DNA of 28,586 nucleotides from Clostridia bacterium. GTDB taxonomy: Bacteria > Bacillota > Clostridia > RGIG6154. The translations under genes and the position numbers were made by a program. Positions 1 to 8,379 of the stretch are shown here, piece after piece (the stretch's first letter is position 1; each line of letters opens with the position of its first letter). Location: assembly GCA_017523005.1 (NCBI GenBank), contig JAFWXG010000178.1, positions 1-28,586 on the forward strand, read 5' to 3'. A model generated the notes under the pieces. It saw only the letters and a program-made list of their open reading frames with translations. It did no database searches and was not told where the DNA came from.

Positions 1-312
1 ATTCGAGACACGACAGTCCAATCTGCTTCGCATATTGGCTGTCTCAACGAACCGCCTTATGGCGGTTCTCTTCTCCTTTTCATTCCCGCCAATAAAAATA
101 GACACCTTTTTAGGTGTCTTTTTGCTGTTCAGGAGAAACTCTGCATTTCGCATTTTTTCGGACTGCCCTCGGCACTTGCCGAAAAACTTGCTCATTCGAG
201 ACACGACAGTCCAATCTGCTTCGCATATTGGCTGTCTCAACGAACCGCCTTATGGCGGTTCTCTTCTCCTTTTCATTCCCGCCAATAAAAATAGACACCT
301 TTTTAGGTGTCT
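1..312. repeat. tRNA-linked tandem direct repeat, 193-bp period, at least 1.6 copies visible (runs off the window start)
   Basis: Bases 1-119 are identical to 194-312. The full visible unit is 120-312 and contains several inverted repeats. It lies immediately 3' of tRNA-Ala. Confidence 0.92.
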
Positions 313-321
313 ATTTTTATT
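284..321 (-). terminator. Intrinsic terminator hairpin directly after the tRNA CCA end
   Basis: AATAAAAATAGACACC (284-299) and GGTGTCTATTTTTATT (306-321) form a perfect 16-bp inverted repeat with A/T tails. A copy with a shorter arm is at 91-119. Confidence 0.85.
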
Positions 322-396
322 GGTGGAGATGAGGAGAATCGAACTCCTGACCCCCTGCTTGCAAGGCAGGTGCTCTCCCAGCTGAGCTACACCCCC
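321..396 (-). tRNA. tRNA-Ala (anticodon TGC), CCA encoded
   Basis: The reverse complement GGGGGTGTAGCTCAGCTGGGAGAGCACCTGCCTTGCAAGCAGGGGGTCAGGAGTTCGATTCTCCTCATCTCCACCA is 76 nt and folds as a cloverleaf with G3:U70 and a TTCGA T-loop. Confidence 0.98.
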
Positions 397-412
397 GTAA
401 TTTCCAAGTAAT

Positions 413-441
413 AGTATACATTACATCGCCTTGTTTGTCAA
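413..441 (-). promoter_or_regulatory. sigmaA promoter of tRNA-Ala
   Basis: TTGACA-N17-TATACT on the minus strand with a TG extension, just upstream of the tRNA. Confidence 0.8.
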
Positions 442-445
442 GATA

Positions 446-1195
446 TTATTTAAATTTAACTAAAAATTCTAAATTTTGTTCAAATTTGGTGCCATACCAA
501 TACTTTTCTTTTTCGTCCTGAGTCGCATTTATATTTCCCCACACAAAATCAAGCGCACCCTCTATTGATTTTTCCAATTCTCCCGTTTTCATATAAAGCC
601 CTGTAAACGCACTTGAAAAGGCATCTCCTGCACCATAGAACTGTCCGTCAAATGCTGGTCTTAACCATTCTTTTTGGTCTAATCTAATGCCTATCATTCC
701 GTCTTTTTCAACGCCTGTCTGCAAAACGCGTGCATTTTTTACTCCAACAAGAAGTTTATATTCGCTGGTATTAGGTGTAATAAAATCTGCCATTTCGCAT
801 AAAGTTCTCATAGCGTTTACATAAGACATATCAAATCCGCTGTACAAAACATCATTTTCTGCCATGGCGGGGTCTACGACTACAACCGCGCCTTTACCGA
901 AAATTTCAACAATTTTCTTTGCTCTTTCGATTAAAGGGATTGAACCTAAATAGCCTATCAAAATTGCATCAAATTTAAGATTTAACTTTTTAAAATGCTC
1001 TATTATTTTATCGTCTTCATAAGCTAAATCCAAAAATGTGTACCCTGAAAACTCACTTGTATGAGTAGAAAGCAAAGCGGTTGGTAAAGCAACCGCCTCG
1101 TGTCCGCACGCCGACAAAACTGCTACCGACATACTTATTGAGCATTTTCCGAAACAGGATAAATCCTGCATTGTTAATATCCGTTTTTGTATCAT
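446..1195 (-). CDS. pdxK: Pyridoxal/pyridoxamine kinase (PfkB/ribokinase superfamily)
   Basis: QDLSCFGKCS, PTALLSTHT, VDPAMAE, ITPN and GAGDAF motifs. ATG at 1195 follows GGAG. Confidence 0.82.
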   Translation of the reverse strand: MIQKRILTMQDLSCFGKCSISMSVAVLSACGHEAVALPTALLSTHTSEFSGYTFLDLAYEDDKIIEHFKKLNLKFDAILIGYLGSIPLIERAKKIVEIFGKGAVVVVDPAMAENDVLYSGFDMSYVNAMRTLCEMADFITPNTSEYKLLVGVKNARVLQTGVEKDGMIGIRLDQKEWLRPAFDGQFYGAGDAFSSAFTGLYMKTGELEKSIEGALDFVWGNINATQDEKEKYWYGTKFEQNLEFLVKFK

Positions 1196-1209
1196 TTGTA
1201 TCTCCAAAG

Positions 1210-1779
1210 TTATTTTAAGTTCTTAAACAATTTTACAGGCTCGTTGTAGCTTTTTAAATACTCTATAACCTCTTCAGGACTTGCTAAAGTTTTGTATAAA
1301 GTTCTGCAGTCTTCTCTTACAAAGCCCTCTTTTATACAATGGTCTATAAATTCCATAAGCTTGTCATAATAACCTAAAATATCATAAATCACGACAGGTT
1401 TATTGTGTCTTGCAAGCTGTTTTAATGTTATAATTTCAAAAAATTCATCAAAAGTTCCAAGACCGCCAGGCACCATTATAAAGGCATCTGCCATATCTTC
1501 CATAATCTTTTTTCTCTCGCGCATGGTTTCGGTTGGAATAAATTTCGTGCATTTATCATAGAGAACACCGTCTACATCAAAAAAAGTGGGAGCAATACCT
1601 ATAACTTCCCCGTTACCTTTTGTAAAACCTCTCGCACTTGCGCCCATAAGACCGTTTGTACCTGCGCCGAAAACTAAATTATGTCCGTCTTTTGCCAGAG
1701 CATACGCCAATTTCTCTGTTTCTTCGAAGTATTTATTATCAATCTTATTGCTTGATGCACCATATATACAAATATTCAT
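1210..1779 (-). CDS. LOG-family (TIGR00730) nucleotide phosphoribohydrolase
   Basis: ICIYGASS, LVFGAG, GLMG, MRERK and PGGLGTFDE motifs. Confidence 0.9.
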   Translation of the reverse strand: MNICIYGASSNKIDNKYFEETEKLAYALAKDGHNLVFGAGTNGLMGASARGFTKGNGEVIGIAPTFFDVDGVLYDKCTKFIPTETMRERKKIMEDMADAFIMVPGGLGTFDEFFEIITLKQLARHNKPVVIYDILGYYDKLMEFIDHCIKEGFVREDCRTLYKTLASPEEVIEYLKSYNEPVKLFKNLK

Positions 1780-1831
1780 ATCCTCTCCTGCCTTTCTTTT
1801 TCATGTTATGTCCTGCCACGATAGTTTATGA

Positions 1832-2374
1832 TTAGATTTTCTTTGTGGCAAGTATTTCGCCATCTATGGATTTAATTGTAAAAATTCCATCTTCATATAC
1901 CATATATGAATGATTTTGGTTCTCTTTGGGTAAAGTAACAGAGCCGGGGTTTAAATAAGTGAACTCATCAAATTCCTGAGCTTTCCATACATGAGTGTGT
2001 CCGTTTATTAAAATATCTCCTTTTTGCATCTTTAATGGATTTTCTGGATTAAAATTATGTCCGTGAGTTATATACACGCGTTTTCCGTTTAAATAAAGCA
2101 TAGCATAGTCTGCCATCATGGGAAAGTCCAAAACCATCTGGTCTACTTCGCCGTCACAATTTCCTCTTACACAAAAAAGCGAGTCTTTCATTCCGTTTAA
2201 AATTGAAAGGGTTTCTTTAGGATTATATCCATCCGGCAAGTCATTACGCGGGCCGTGATACAGATAATCCCCGAGCAAAATTAACTTTTCTGCCTTTTCG
2301 GACTCAAAAATATCCTTTAGTATTTTTGCGTATTTGGAAGAGCCGTGAATGTCTGATGCAAATAATAATTTCAT
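1832..2374 (-). CDS. yfcE: YfcE-like metallophosphodiesterase
   Basis: SDIHGS, LGDYLYHGPRN, RGNCD, HGH and GHTH motifs plus NPGS. The probable start is the second Met. Confidence 0.88.
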   Translation of the reverse strand: MKLLFASDIHGSSKYAKILKDIFESEKAEKLILLGDYLYHGPRNDLPDGYNPKETLSILNGMKDSLFCVRGNCDGEVDQMVLDFPMMADYAMLYLNGKRVYITHGHNFNPENPLKMQKGDILINGHTHVWKAQEFDEFTYLNPGSVTLPKENQNHSYMVYEDGIFTIKSIDGEILATKKI

Positions 2375-2391
2375 AATAATCACCTTAAGTT

Positions 2392-2420
2392 ATTTTATCA
2401 TACATTTTTATTTTTTGCAA
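2392..2420 (-). promoter_or_regulatory. sigmaA promoter of the yfcE-LOG-pdxK operon
   Basis: TTGCAA-N17-TAAAAT on the minus strand with a TG extension. Confidence 0.6.
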
Positions 2421-2457
2421 CAAAAACCGCTTTCTTAGGAAATTATTTATTCTTTTA

Positions 2458-2486
2458 TTGACATGGAAAAATTTTCATGATATCAT
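2458..2486 (+). promoter_or_regulatory. sigmaA promoter of rubrerythrin
   Basis: TTGACA-N17-TATCAT with a TG extension. RBS AAGGAGG precedes ATG 2514. Confidence 0.7.
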
Positions 2487-2513
2487 TAACATAATAAAAA
2501 GGAGGATAAAAAA

Positions 2514-3047
2514 ATGAATTTAAAAGGTTCAAAAACAGAAAAAAATTTAATGGCAGCTTTCTCAGGGGAAAGCGAAGCAAGAAACAAATACACCTACTTT
2601 GCATCAGTTGCAAAAAAAGAAGGATACCAGCAGATTGCGGCAATTTTTGAAGAGACCGCAAACAACGAAAAAGAGCACGCAAAACTTTGGTTTAAAGCAC
2701 TTGGCGGATTGTCTGATACAAAAGAAAATCTTTTAAGAGCAGCCGAAGGCGAAAACTACGAATGGACTGATATGTACGCAGGCTTTGCAAAAGATGCAGA
2801 AGAGGAAGGGTTTACAGAACTTGCTGAACAGTTCAGAAAAGTTGCTGAAATTGAAAAATCCCACGAAGAGCGCTACAGAGCATTACTAAACAATGTAGAA
2901 ATGCAAAAAGTATTTGAAAAGAGCGAGGAGACCATGTGGGAATGCCGTAACTGCGGACACCTTGTTATGGGTAAAAAAGCTCCTGAAGTTTGCCCTGTTT
3001 GCAAGCACCCCCAAAGTTATTTTGAAGTTAGAAAAGAAAATTATTAA
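2514..3047 (+). CDS. rbr: Rubrerythrin
   Basis: [20 protein letters not shown] and EKSHEERY diiron motifs, plus a C-terminal rubredoxin domain (CRNCG...CPVC). Confidence 0.96.
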   Translation: MNLKGSKTEKNLMAAFSGESEARNKYTYFASVAKKEGYQQIAAIFEETANNEKEHAKLWFKALGGLSDTKENLLRAAEGENYEWTDMYAGFAKDAEEEGFTELAEQFRKVAEIEKSHEERYRALLNNVEMQKVFEKSEETMWECRNCGHLVMGKKAPEVCPVCKHPQSYFEVRKENY

Positions 3048-3053
3048 ACTTTT

Positions 3054-3080
3054 AAAAAAGCCGGAAATTCCGGCTTTTTT
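3054..3080 (+). terminator. Intrinsic terminator after rbr
   Basis: AAAAAAGCCGGA-AAT-TCCGGCTTTTTT. Confidence 0.88.
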
Positions 3081-3082
3081 TA

Positions 3083-3111
3083 TTGACATTTTTTAAAATT
3101 AGTGGTAAAAT
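3083..3111 (+). promoter_or_regulatory. sigmaA promoter of the Fur-family/metal ABC operon
   Basis: TTGACA-N17-TAAAAT. Confidence 0.8.
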
Positions 3112-3125
3112 GAAAACGATTTTCA
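3111..3125. promoter_or_regulatory. Fur-family-like 7-1-7 operator overlapping the transcription start
   Basis: The inverted repeat TGAAAAC-G-ATTTTCA directly follows the -10 box of a Fur-family gene. Confidence 0.55.
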
Positions 3126-3140
3126 AATTGGAGGTTTTTT

Positions 3141-3536
3141 ATGGACTATAAAACCAAACAAAAAGACGCCATTTTAAACTATCTCAACGAACAAAAAGAG
3201 CGTTATGTAACTGCAAAAGAGCTTTTAGAACATCTTAAGGCTAAAAATATTGAAATCGGACTTACCACTATCTACAGACATTTAGAAAAGTTAGAAGCAA
3301 AAGGATTGGTTCGCAAATATCATTTAGACGGAGAATTATCTGCGTGCTATAAAGCGTGTGCTGAACAGGAAAATTTCCTACTCAAATGCGAGGACTGCGG
3401 GGATATGGTAGAATTTAAATGTCCTGATTTAGAGCATCTTTATACTCATTTTAATGACGAGCATCACTTTGCAATAAACCCGCACAAGACTGTATTTTAC
3501 GGCAAGTGCGGAAAGTGTAAACTTATGGAGGTGTGA
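3141..3536 (+). CDS. Fur-family metalloregulator (probably Zur-like by gene context)
   Basis: IGLTTIYRHLEKL winged-helix motif, CEDC and CGKC structural Zn sites. It heads a ZnuABC-type operon. Confidence 0.88.
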   Translation: MDYKTKQKDAILNYLNEQKERYVTAKELLEHLKAKNIEIGLTTIYRHLEKLEAKGLVRKYHLDGELSACYKACAEQENFLLKCEDCGDMVEFKCPDLEHLYTHFNDEHHFAINPHKTVFYGKCGKCKLMEV

Positions 3537-3537
3537 C

Positions 3538-4455
3538 ATGAAGAAATTATTTAGCTTACTTATTTTAGTTTCTCTTCTGCTTTCTTCCTGCACCGCACCA
3601 GAAAGTTCAACCGACAGTTTATCGGTTGTATCGGTTTCATTTCCCGGGTATTCTCTTGCGAAAGAGATTTTAGGGGAAACCGCAGATGTGACCATGCTTT
3701 TACCTCTCGGCACAGAAGCTCACGGCTTTGAGCCTACACCAAAGGATATTTTAAAAATCCAGAACGCTGATGTGTTTATTTACGGCGGTGGCGACTCCGA
3801 GCATTGGGTAGATGACATTTTGTCTTCGCTTGACGAAAGCGTTACAACTCTTGCTATAAGCAAAGTTGAAGGTATTTCCTGTATTATGGAAGAACACGCT
3901 CACCCGTCTATGTTTGACAGCCATATAGAAACAGATGAACATGTTTGGTTGTCAATCCCAAACTCTGTTATAATAATCCGCAAACTTACAGAGATTTTTA
4001 AAGAAAAAAGCCCTGAGAATTCTTTAATTTTTGAGGAAAATTCCGATACTTTCATAAAAATTCTTGAAGAATTAGACCTTGAATTCCGCACCATGACAGA
4101 AAATGCACCCCGCAAAGAAATTGTTGTTGGTGACAGATTTCCATTCCGCTATTTAGCTCATGAGTATAACATAAACTATCACTCTGCGTTTCCGTCTTGT
4201 TCAGGCGAGGCAGAACCAAGTGCATCGAAGATTTCAGAGCTAACTGACCTTGTGAAGAAAAATAATATTCCTGTTGTTTTTTACACAGAATTTTCAAACC
4301 AAAAGGTTGCAAATATTATATGCGAAAATAATAATGCAAAGCCAATGCTTTTACATTCCTGCCACAATGTATCAAAGGCTGATTTCGAGGCAGGCATTAC
4401 CTATTACCATTTAATGCGAACAAACTACCTCGCACTTAAGGAGGCTTTGTACTGA
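3538..4455 (+). CDS. znuA: Metal (Zn/Mn) ABC transporter solute-binding lipoprotein, ZnuA/AdcA family
   Basis: Lipobox LLSSC, EAHGFEPTP, DEHVWLS and EPSA motifs, with a short His-containing loop. Confidence 0.88.
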   Translation: MKKLFSLLILVSLLLSSCTAPESSTDSLSVVSVSFPGYSLAKEILGETADVTMLLPLGTEAHGFEPTPKDILKIQNADVFIYGGGDSEHWVDDILSSLDESVTTLAISKVEGISCIMEEHAHPSMFDSHIETDEHVWLSIPNSVIIIRKLTEIFKEKSPENSLIFEENSDTFIKILEELDLEFRTMTENAPRKEIVVGDRFPFRYLAHEYNINYHSAFPSCSGEAEPSASKISELTDLVKKNNIPVVFYTEFSNQKVANIICENNNAKPMLLHSCHNVSKADFEAGITYYHLMRTNYLALKEALY

Positions 4456-5147
4456 TGCAGATTTCATGCGAAAATTTGAGCATATCATACGAGGGAAAAA
4501 CCGTAATTGACAACCTATCATTTTGTGTAAATAAGGGCGACTATTTATGTATTGTCGGGGAAAACGGGTCAGGAAAAAGCACCTTGATTAAAGGACTTTT
4601 GAGCCTAAAAAAAGCTTCGAGCGGTAAGATATTTGTTGACAGCAAGGCAAAAATCGGGTATCTTCCCCAGAAAACTCCTACTCAAAAGGATTTTCCTGCA
4701 AGCGTGTGGGAAGTAGTCCTGTCAGGAACTTTAAACACCAAAAAATTTATGCCGTTCTACAGTCGTGCTCAAAAGAAAAAGGCAAAAGACTGCCTTGAAA
4801 AGCTTAATATTTTGGACTTAAAAAAGGCTTGCTACCGAAATTTATCAGGCGGTCAGCAACAAAGAGTATTCTTAGCAAGAGCTTTGTGTGCGGCAGAAGA
4901 TTTGTTGTTGCTTGACGAGCCTGTAAACGGATTAGACCCCGTCGCAGCACAGGAATTTTATGAGCTTATCAAAAACATCAATAAGTCCGGCACAACCATT
5001 ATAATGGTTACTCACGATATTTCCCATGCCTTAAAATATGGAACACACATATTACATTTAAGCGAAAATGATATGTTCTTCGGCACAAAAGAAGAATATC
5101 TTAATTCTGATTTGTGTAAAAACTTTGGGGGAGGCAAAAAACTATGA
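4455..5147 (+). CDS. znuC: Metal ABC transporter ATPase
   Basis: GENGSGKS, IGYLPQ, LSGGQQQR and LLLDEP motifs. Translationally coupled to its neighbours. Confidence 0.9.
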   Translation: MQISCENLSISYEGKTVIDNLSFCVNKGDYLCIVGENGSGKSTLIKGLLSLKKASSGKIFVDSKAKIGYLPQKTPTQKDFPASVWEVVLSGTLNTKKFMPFYSRAQKKKAKDCLEKLNILDLKKACYRNLSGGQQQRVFLARALCAAEDLLLLDEPVNGLDPVAAQEFYELIKNINKSGTTIIMVTHDISHALKYGTHILHLSENDMFFGTKEEYLNSDLCKNFGGGKKL

Positions 5148-5941
5148 TAGAAATGTTAAGCTATCCCTTTATGCAACGCGCACTTATCGGGGGCTTGTTT
5201 GTGTCGCTTTGTGCGGCATTGCTTGGCGTAAGCCTTGTTTTAAAAAGATATTCTATGATTGGCGACGGATTGAGCCATGTGGGTTTTGGTGCACTCGCGA
5301 TTGCTACCGCTCTTAACACAACACCCATTTTTGTTGCACTGCCCATTGTAATTATATTTGCATTTTTACTTCTTCGAATGAGCGAAAACAGTTCAATTAA
5401 GGGAGATGCGGCTATTGCTATTGTGTCATCGGGTTCGCTCGCTGTAGGGGTTATAATAGTTTCACTCACAAAGGGAATGAACACCGATTTAAACAACTAT
5501 CTGTTCGGCAGTGTTCTTGCCATGGACTTAAGTGATGTGATTTTGGCTTGTGTTCTTTCGGTAATTGTAATTTTGTTGTTTTTGCTGTATTATCACAAAA
5601 TCTTTTCAGTTACCTTTGACGAAACATTTACCCGCGCAATCAAGCTTAAAGCAGGTCTTTATAACGGCATGATTGCAACACTTACAGCTGTAACCATTGT
5701 TCTTGGCATGAAAATGATGGGCGCACTTTTAATCTCAAGTCTTATCATTTTCCCCGCACTTTCAGCCATGAGAATTTGTAAAACTTTCCGTGCGGTTTTA
5801 CTTATATCTGCAGTTATTTCCTGTGTTTGCTTTGTTTTGGGAATGGTTTTATCTTATCTTTACGATTTGCCCGCAGGTGCAACGGTAGTGTGCGTGAATA
5901 TGATTATTTTCTTTATATGTTCAATATTTAAAAAGAGCTGA
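5144..5941 (+). CDS. znuB: Metal ABC transporter permease (ABC-3 family)
   Basis: SMIGDGLSHVGFG, YLFGS, FDE and GALLISSL motifs. Hydrophobic throughout. Confidence 0.9.
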   Translation: MIEMLSYPFMQRALIGGLFVSLCAALLGVSLVLKRYSMIGDGLSHVGFGALAIATALNTTPIFVALPIVIIFAFLLLRMSENSSIKGDAAIAIVSSGSLAVGVIIVSLTKGMNTDLNNYLFGSVLAMDLSDVILACVLSVIVILLFLLYYHKIFSVTFDETFTRAIKLKAGLYNGMIATLTAVTIVLGMKMMGALLISSLIIFPALSAMRICKTFRAVLLISAVISCVCFVLGMVLSYLYDLPAGATVVCVNMIIFFICSIFKKS

Positions 5942-5960
5942 ACTATCGTTCAGCTCCTTT
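5931..5960. terminator. Bidirectional terminator between the convergent znuB and amino-acid ABC ATPase genes
   Basis: GAGCTGAAC-TATC-GTTCAGCTC flanked by AAAA and CTTT. Confidence 0.8.
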
Positions 5961-5963
5961 AAA

Positions 5964-6707
5964 TTACAATATACTTTTTAAGAATTGCTGTGTCTGCGGA
6001 TGTTTGGGATTAGCAAAGATTTCTTCGGGAGTTCCGATTTCCTTAATCTGACCGTCTGCCATAAACAGAATTCTGTCTGCAACCTCTCGTGCAAATCCCA
6101 TTTCGTGTGTTACAACAACCATGGTCATTCCCTCTTCAGCAAGCTGTTTCATAACGCTTAAAACTTCCCCTACCATTTCTGGGTCAAGCGCTGATGTAGG
6201 CTCGTCGAAAAGCATTACATCAGGACTCATCATGAGAGCTCTTACTATCGCAACTCTCTGCTTTTGTCCGCCAGAAAGCTGTGCAGGATAAGCTCCTGCT
6301 CTGTCCTTTAAGCCAACTCTGTCAAGAAGTGCAAGCGCTTTTTCTTCTGCCTCGCCCTTTTCCATTTTGAGCAGTTTCATTGGTGCTAAAGTTAGGTTTT
6401 TAAGGATTGTCATGTGCGGGAACAAATTAAACTGCTGGAACACCATTCCCATTTTTCTTCTTGTTAAGTTTATATCATTTTTTGCATCACAGATATCTAC
6501 ATCTTCAAAGAAAATCTGTCCGCCTGTAGGCTCTTCAAGTCTGTTGAGCGACCTTAAATATGTAGATTTTCCAGAGCCTGACGGTCCGATTACCACTACA
6601 ACCTCGCCCTGCTTGATTTTGGTGTCAACCATGTCTAAAGCCTTAATCTCTCCGCCTTTATAATACTTGCAAAGACCGCGAGTTTCAATAATAATTTTAT
6701 CGTTCAC
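5964..6707 (-). CDS. glnQ: Polar amino-acid ABC transporter ATPase
   Basis: [49 protein letters not shown] and VVTHEMGFA motifs. Confidence 0.93.
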   Translation of the reverse strand: MNDKIIIETRGLCKYYKGGEIKALDMVDTKIKQGEVVVVIGPSGSGKSTYLRSLNRLEEPTGGQIFFEDVDICDAKNDINLTRRKMGMVFQQFNLFPHMTILKNLTLAPMKLLKMEKGEAEEKALALLDRVGLKDRAGAYPAQLSGGQKQRVAIVRALMMSPDVMLFDEPTSALDPEMVGEVLSVMKQLAEEGMTMVVVTHEMGFAREVADRILFMADGQIKEIGTPEEIFANPKHPQTQQFLKSIL

Positions 6708-7425
6708 TCTTTCTCAGCCTCCTCTCAAGCACATCTACAAGCCAAGTGAAAAACAACACCATAATAAGATATATAGCAGCTATTGCCATAAGTGGCCAGA
6801 AGCTCTGGTATGTAATACCTCTTATAATGTTTGCGCCTCTTGTAAGGTCAGTCACACCAACATAGCCAGCGATAGCTGTTTCTTTTAAAAGCACGATAAA
6901 TTCGTTAGCAAGTGCAGGTAAGATGTTTTTAAATGTCTGGGGAAGCACTATAAACCACATTGTCTGCATATAATTTAGGCCAAGACTTCTTCCCGCCTCT
7001 GTTTGCCCAACATCTATGCTCATGATACCGCCTCTTATGATTTCAGCTACATAAGCACCCGAATTTATACCAAACGCAATAATACCGCACAGCATTTTAT
7101 TGTCAGAGCTTGCCATTATGATAAAGAATATAATAAGTATCTGCACCATAGCAGGTGTACCTCTGATAACAGTTAAGTATACTCTGCTTATCGCATTACC
7201 TATCGACAAAAGTGCTTTGGCAAATGACGGGCGCATTTCATGATACTGCTTATCATAAGTTGTTCTTATGCCCGCAACAATTATACCGAAAACTACACCA
7301 AGGATAAGTGCAAAGAAGGTTAAAATAAGTGTATTTTGTATACCCTCTACGATATATTTCCACCTGTTATCCACGATAAATGCGGTGCTGAAATCTTTTG
7401 CTAATTTTAAAATCCATTCAGGCAT
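6697..7425 (-). CDS. Polar amino-acid ABC transporter permease (HisM/GlnP family)
   Basis: [28 protein letters not shown] and [15 protein letters not shown] motifs. Confidence 0.92.
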   Translation of the reverse strand: MPEWILKLAKDFSTAFIVDNRWKYIVEGIQNTLILTFFALILGVVFGIIVAGIRTTYDKQYHEMRPSFAKALLSIGNAISRVYLTVIRGTPAMVQILIIFFIIMASSDNKMLCGIIAFGINSGAYVAEIIRGGIMSIDVGQTEAGRSLGLNYMQTMWFIVLPQTFKNILPALANEFIVLLKETAIAGYVGVTDLTRGANIIRGITYQSFWPLMAIAAIYLIMVLFFTWLVDVLERRLRKSER

Positions 7426-7454
7426 TTGAAATATTCCTTTCTAAAAACATAAAT

Positions 7455-7484
7455 TAAAGGGCTGTAAAAACACAGCCCTTTTAT
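7455..7484 (-). terminator. Hairpin/terminator between the solute-binding and permease genes
   Basis: AAAGGGCTGT-AAAAAC-ACAGCCCTTT. Confidence 0.7.
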
Positions 7485-7493
7485 TTGCGATTA

Positions 7494-8252
7494 TTATTCA
7501 GCAGGGATATATTTTTCAATTATATTCTTAACTGTGCCATCAGCAATAAGTTCGCCTAAAGCTTTGTCAATATCAGCTAAAAGTTCAGGACTGTCTTTTG
7601 AAACTGCTGCTGCATAATCTTCTGTTATGTATTCTGTGTCAAGAATTTTTAAACCTGGGTTGTTCTGAACGAATACTTTTGCAGGTTCGTTGTCGATAAC
7701 TACGCAGTCAACTTTACCTGAATTGAGTGCCATAACAGCGTCTGCACCTTTGTTGTATCTTTCAACTGTGCCAAGACCTTCGTCTTCGATATCCCATGTG
7801 CAGTAAAGGTCGCCTGTTGTAGCAAGCTGAACACCGATTTTATTGTTTGCACCGTCAGCGAATAAATCGTCAGCCGAAGTGATAGCTGAACCTTCTTTTA
7901 CAATGATTACCTGTACGCCTGTAGCATAAGTCTGTGTGAAATCAACCTGTTCTTTTCTCTCATCTGTAACAGTCATACCAGCCATAACAAAATCATATTT
8001 GTTTGTCTGAACACCAGGGATGAGTGAATCGAAATCAACATTTTCGATTACTAATTCTTTGCCGAGTTTGTCAGCAATAGCCTGTGCAATTTCTGCGTCG
8101 ATACCAACAATTTTGCCGTCTTCCATGAATTCGTATGGTGGGAATTCAGCATTTGTTGCCATTGTAAGAGTATTGTCGTCTTTCGCACCGCAACCTGCAA
8201 ATACTGCAAGGCAAAGTACAAGAGCAAGTGATAATGCCAATAATTTTTTCAT
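7494..8252 (-). CDS. Polar amino-acid ABC transporter solute-binding lipoprotein (family 3)
   Basis: Lipobox FAGC, TNAEFPPYE and GIDAEIA motifs. The start MKKLL follows GGAGG. Confidence 0.92.
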   Translation of the reverse strand: MKKLLALSLALVLCLAVFAGCGAKDDNTLTMATNAEFPPYEFMEDGKIVGIDAEIAQAIADKLGKELVIENVDFDSLIPGVQTNKYDFVMAGMTVTDERKEQVDFTQTYATGVQVIIVKEGSAITSADDLFADGANNKIGVQLATTGDLYCTWDIEDEGLGTVERYNKGADAVMALNSGKVDCVVIDNEPAKVFVQNNPGLKILDTEYITEDYAAAVSKDSPELLADIDKALGELIADGTVKNIIEKYIPAE

Positions 8253-8286
8253 GATTATTTCCTCCAAAATATTTATTTATAAGTTC

Positions 8287-8315
8287 AGTATACCGCATAA
8301 ATATACATTTGTCAA
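8287..8315 (-). promoter_or_regulatory. sigmaA promoter of the amino-acid ABC operon
   Basis: TTGACA-N17-TATACT on the minus strand. Confidence 0.78.
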
Positions 8316-8333
8316 TACTAAAAATTCATTCCC

Positions 8334-8362
8334 TTGCTATTTTATGATAAATATGGTAAAAT
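8334..8362 (+). promoter_or_regulatory. sigmaA promoter of the SDR gene (divergent from the amino-acid ABC operon)
   Basis: TTGCTA-N17-TAAAAT with a TG extension. Confidence 0.55.
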
Positions 8363-8379
8363 AATTCCGGGTGATAATT

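Noticed and set aside
1-312. CRISPR array or complete IS element
   Set aside because: The unit is 193 bp with no unique spacers, no cas or transposase gene, and no terminal inverted repeats with a target duplication.
35-385. ORFs 35-385, 114-332 and 110-298
   Set aside because: They overlap the tRNA and the hairpin repeat, lack an RBS, and their repeated peptide text merely reflects the DNA repeat.
8253-8290. T-box or amino-acid riboswitch upstream of the amino-acid ABC operon
   Set aside because: The promoter lies only about 35 bp from the start codon, leaving no room for such a leader.
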